Part shown: in pieces, positions 60,913 to 64,000 of the stretch
Layout of the letters: each line of letters begins with the position of its first letter
Position numbering within the stretch: the first letter of the stretch is position 1
DNA from: Acidimicrobiaceae bacterium
Lineage (GTDB): Bacteria; Actinomycetota; Acidimicrobiia; Acidimicrobiales; RAAP-2
Assembly: GCA_043784065.1 (NCBI GenBank)
Contig: JAYVYR010000002.1
Location: 13,521-77,520 of the forward strand
Reading direction: 5' to 3'
DNA length: 64,000 nucleotides
Made by a program: the position numbers and the translations under genes
Notes under the pieces: model-generated
Databases searched by the model: none
The model's input: the letters and a program-made list of their open reading frames with translations, nothing else
Told to the model about the DNA's origin: nothing

Positions 60913-62418
60913 GTGGAGCACGTCGATGTCCTTATCCTCGGAGCTGGCCTGTCCGGAGTGGGGAGCGCCTGTCATCTCGAGGCCAAACGTCCCGGAACCA
61001 CCTACGCCATCCTCGAGGCACGAGACGCCATCGGCGGAACGTGGGATCTCTTCCGCTATCCAGGGATCCGGTCAGACTCGGACATGTTCACCCTCGGGTA
61101 CTCGTTCGAGCCGTGGGTGGGCGACAAGGCCATCGCCGATGGTCCGTCGATTCTCAACTACATCCGCACCACGGCCCGCACTCACGGGATCGAGAAGAAG
61201 GTCCACTTCAACCGGCGCGCCGTGTCCGCATCGTGGTCGACTCCCGATGCCCACTGGACCGTCGAGGTCGAATGCACCGACACCGGCGCACGTGAAGTTC
61301 TGACCTGCAGCTTCCTGTGGGGCAACACCGGCTACTACCGCTACGACCGAGGGTACCGGCCCGATTTCCCGGGAGAGGAGTGCTTTGGCGGCACCCTCAT
61401 CCATCCTCAGCACTGGCCCGAGGACCTCGAATGGCAGGGCAAGCGGATCGTGGTCGTCGGGAGCGGGGCCACTGCTGTGACCCTCGTGCCGGCGCTGGCC
61501 CACGAAGCGGCCCATGTGACCATGCTGCAGCGCTCGCCCACCTACATCGTCGCGAGACCGGGAGAGGACAAATTGGCCGACTGGCTACGCCGCCACCTAC
61601 CGGCCCAGACCGCGCACGCCATCATCCGATGGAAGAACGTGCTGCTCACCCAGTTCAGCTTCGAATTGAGCCGTCGGGCACCGGACCTGGTGAAGAAGGG
61701 AATCCGAAAGGGAGTCACCGAAGCCCTCCCGGAAGGCTACGACGTCGAAACCAACTTCACCCCTCGCTACGACCCGTGGGACCAGCGCCTATGCCTGGTG
61801 CCCGACGGCGACCTGTTCAAGGCCATCAGGGACCGCCGCGCTGACGTGGTGACGGACACCATCGAGACCTTCACCAAGACTGGCATCCGACTGACGTCGG
61901 GCACCGAATTGGCTGCCGATATCGTGGTGACGGCAACCGGCCTCACCATGCAGCTGCTGGGCGGGATCGCGCTCGACGTGGACGGCAACGAGGTGGTGCC
62001 CGGCGAGACGGTGGCCTACAAGGGAATCATGTTGTGCGGCGTGCCCAACATGGCCACCACGTTCGGGTACACCAACGCGTCCTGGACACTGAAGGCCGAC
62101 CTGACGGCCGAGTACGTCTGCCGACTGCTCGACCTCATGGACGGGCGCGGCATGAGCCAGTGCACGCCGCTGGCCCCCGACCCAGGACTGCCCGTTGAAC
62201 CTTTCATCGACTTCTCGTCGGGGTATGTGACGCGATCGGCGGCCGACCTCCCTAAGCAGGGGGCCACGACACCGTGGCGGCTCCATCAGAACTATCTGCG
62301 CGACACCTGGCTCCTGCGGTTCGCCCGGGTCGACGACGCTCTGCGGTTGTCGAACCCTGTGGTGGCTGCCAGCCCGGTCGCAAGCCTGGCTGCCGCTCAG
62401 GCACCGAGCACAGCCTGA
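60913..62418 (+). CDS. Flavin-containing / Baeyer-Villiger-type monooxygenase (EthA-like)
   Basis: GAGLSG FAD motif, GGTW, the BVMO fingerprint FGGTLIHPQHWP (FxGxxxHxxxW) and the second dinucleotide motif GSGATA. Confidence 0.85.
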   Translation: MEHVDVLILGAGLSGVGSACHLEAKRPGTTYAILEARDAIGGTWDLFRYPGIRSDSDMFTLGYSFEPWVGDKAIADGPSILNYIRTTARTHGIEKKVHFNRRAVSASWSTPDAHWTVEVECTDTGAREVLTCSFLWGNTGYYRYDRGYRPDFPGEECFGGTLIHPQHWPEDLEWQGKRIVVVGSGATAVTLVPALAHEAAHVTMLQRSPTYIVARPGEDKLADWLRRHLPAQTAHAIIRWKNVLLTQFSFELSRRAPDLVKKGIRKGVTEALPEGYDVETNFTPRYDPWDQRLCLVPDGDLFKAIRDRRADVVTDTIETFTKTGIRLTSGTELAADIVVTATGLTMQLLGGIALDVDGNEVVPGETVAYKGIMLCGVPNMATTFGYTNASWTLKADLTAEYVCRLLDLMDGRGMSQCTPLAPDPGLPVEPFIDFSSGYVTRSAADLPKQGATTPWRLHQNYLRDTWLLRFARVDDALRLSNPVVAASPVASLAAAQAPSTA

Positions 62419-62541
62419 ACACCCCCCGACGTCACGCCGAAATCGGGCCGACTCGCCACTCGCATCCCTCCAGCACCGAGGCGTCCGAGGGGACCGTGCG
62501 ATGCCAGAGCGGAGGTCGCTCCGCTAGGATGTCAGCAACTG

Positions 62542-64000
62542 GTGACATATGCCCGCCGCTCCGCCCTGCTTCTTCCCACGCTGGTATTCGTCGGTCTATT
62601 GGTGGCGATCGTCAGCAGCCTGGGCGCGCCCTTGGTTCCGACGATCGCTCGCACCTACGGCGTACCCCTGAGCACCGCCCAATGGATCCTGACCGCCGCT
62701 CTGCTGACGGGAGCCATGGCCACCCCGGTGATGGGTCGCCTGGCCGACGGCGCCCGCCAGCGGGACGTGATCGTGACCACACTCGGCGTAGTCCTGGCGG
62801 GCTGCATTCTGTCGGCCGTGGCCACGTCGTTCGTCGTGCTGGTAGTGGGCCGTGGGCTCCAAGGAGTGGGCCTCGGATTGCTTCCTGTCAACATGGCCAT
62901 CGCTCGACAGAACCTCGAACCTGTGCCGGCGGGCCGGGCCATCGCCACCCTGTCGGTGTCGACCGCCATCGGCGCCGGACTCGGCTATCCGATAACGGCC
63001 ATGGTCGCCCAACTGCTGGACCTGCATGCTGCCTATTGGTTCGGAGCCGTGGTGGTGGCCGGTGCACTGGCCGCCTCGCTCCTGGTGCTGCCCCCGCGTT
63101 CATCCGCCGATCCGCTGGTCTTCGATACGGCCGGCGCGGTGCTACTGAGTCTGGCGGTGACCGGGGTGTCCGTGGCATTGAGCGAAGGCGGCACCTGGGG
63201 CTGGACGTCGGTGCGCACGCTCGGAATCATCGTGGTCAGCGCACTCGTGCTGGCCACATGGGTTCCCCTAGAGCTCCGGTCGGCGCACCCACTCGTCAAT
63301 CTCCACCACCTGTCCAACCGCGCCGTACTCATGGCCGACGTAACCGGGTTCCTCATGTGTGTGTCGATGTATCTCGTGGTGCCGATCGTCGTGGAGTTCA
63401 TCCAGATCCCGACGTCTGCCGGGTTCGGGTTCGGCGCCTCGGTGATCGTGTCGGGCCTCGTCCTCGTCCCGCTGTCGATTGGGACGTTCCTGGCCAGCCG
63501 CCTGCTCGTTCCCTACGAGCGACGTTTCGGGGTACGAAGCATGATCCCTCTCGGATCCCTGGTGTTCGCCACATCCGCCGCCTATTTCGCTTTCAACCAC
63601 GACTCGCTGTGGCAGGCGTTCATCACGCTGGGCATCGTCGGACTCGGCATCGGTTTCACCTTCGCGGCGATGCCCGGCTTCATCGTCCGATCGGTCCCCG
63701 CGGCCGAGACGGGCAGCGCCACCGGCTTCTACCAGGTGCTGCGCAACATCGGCCTGTCGGTGGGCAGCGCACTCGGAGCAGCCGTACTCCTGGCCCGCAC
63801 TCAGCCCGGTGCCACCTTCCCTGATCTGGGCGGGTTCCGGGTGGCACTGCTCATGTCCGCGGGGCTCGGCCTCGTGACCGCACTACTCGCCTTCGTCCTA
63901 CCTGGCCATGCCGAACCAGGACCAGGTCGTGGTCCTCACCGGGAGGGCCATGACCCAATGGAGACCCGGATGGACGAGGAGGCGCTGCTCGGGTCATCCG
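62542..64000 (+). CDS. MFS transporter (DHA2/EmrB-like), partial, continues past right window edge
   Basis: Not in the ORF track (no stop in the window). Manual translation from GTG 62542 gives VTYARRSALLLPTLVFVGLLVAIVSSLGAPLVPTIA...MGRLADGARQRDV...VGRGLQGVGLGLLPVNMAIAR, with MFS motif A-like GRLAD. The sections I translated, about the first 380 nt (through ~62920) and the last 100 nt, are stop-free; the middle of the frame was not checked codon by codon. Confidence 0.8.
   Translation, partial: MTYARRSALLLPTLVFVGLLVAIVSSLGAPLVPTIARTYGVPLSTAQWILTAALLTGAMATPVMGRLADGARQRDVIVTTLGVVLAGCILSAVATSFVVLVVGRGLQGVGLGLLPVNMAIARQNLEPVPAGRAIATLSVSTAIGAGLGYPITAMVAQLLDLHAAYWFGAVVVAGALAASLLVLPPRSSADPLVFDTAGAVLLSLAVTGVSVALSEGGTWGWTSVRTLGIIVVSALVLATWVPLELRSAHPLVNLHHLSNRAVLMADVTGFLMCVSMYLVVPIVVEFIQIPTSAGFGFGASVIVSGLVLVPLSIGTFLASRLLVPYERRFGVRSMIPLGSLVFATSAAYFAFNHDSLWQAFITLGIVGLGIGFTFAAMPGFIVRSVPAAETGSATGFYQVLRNIGLSVGSALGAAVLLARTQPGATFPDLGGFRVALLMSAGLGLVTALLAFVLPGHAEPGPGRGPHREGHDPMETRMDEEALLGSS

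Noticed and set aside
62274-63824. 516-aa plus-strand ORF overlapping the end of the monooxygenase gene and the MFS region
   Set aside because: Extremely Arg/Pro/Gly-rich and out of frame with a hydrophobic MFS reading frame (from GTG 62542) that shows transporter motifs and sensible TM segments.

Overview
Densely coding, high-GC (about two-thirds G+C by eye) chromosomal segment from an actinobacterium-like genome. The lineage markers are a WhiB-family gene next to a PdtaS-type kinase, DUF3107, paired ArsA-like ATPases and a SigK/RskA-like pair. I support about 63 protein genes, 3 pseudogenes or gene remnants, and several short repeats and operator-like palindromes. I saw no rRNA, tRNA, CRISPR array, integrase or transposase. 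Left to right: MBOAT plus SGNH acyl-transfer pair; etfBA; GDPD; whiB1-like/pdtaS; PHP phosphatase; O-methyltransferase; two ArsA/Get3-like ATPases plus DUF3107; dGTPase; YccF; Mrp; a Cys-rich HTH regulator plus cysteine desulfurase; a quinone oxidoreductase. A complete System I cytochrome c maturation cluster (ccdA-ccmABCDEFGH, 17.8-26 kb) follows, including a 52-aa ccmD missing from the ORF track. Then gmd, a crotonase, a glycosyltransferase, a TetR regulator and the ECF sigma/anti-sigma pair with DUF4395. A lower-GC, decaying accessory islet (31.9-35.7 kb) holds a MazEF-like pair, YceI/MarR, two single-nucleotide-frameshifted genes and a displaced 3' remnant of the flanking acyl-CoA dehydrogenase. 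After it come back-to-back cysS/valS, an SDR, a liv-type ABC transporter, a lipase-like hydrolase, WS/DGAT, a beta-propeller lipoprotein and an epimerase/TetR pair. Next is an XRE-HTH plus nucleotidyltransferase two-gene module with duplicated palindromic operators, then GNAT, STAS, two hypothetical proteins, a LuxR regulator with a GAF kinase, a sulfatase, a flavin monooxygenase and a partial MFS transporter. Nothing here is clearly an unprecedented system. The best candidates for follow-up are the islet with the ACAD 3' remnant, the HTH-NTase module, a 15-nt coding minisatellite family at the 3' ends of three genes, and System I ccm in an actinobacterial context. All functional calls rest on motif and family recognition from the translations, not on database searches. 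Most long ORFs antisense to these genes are high-GC shadow ORFs.
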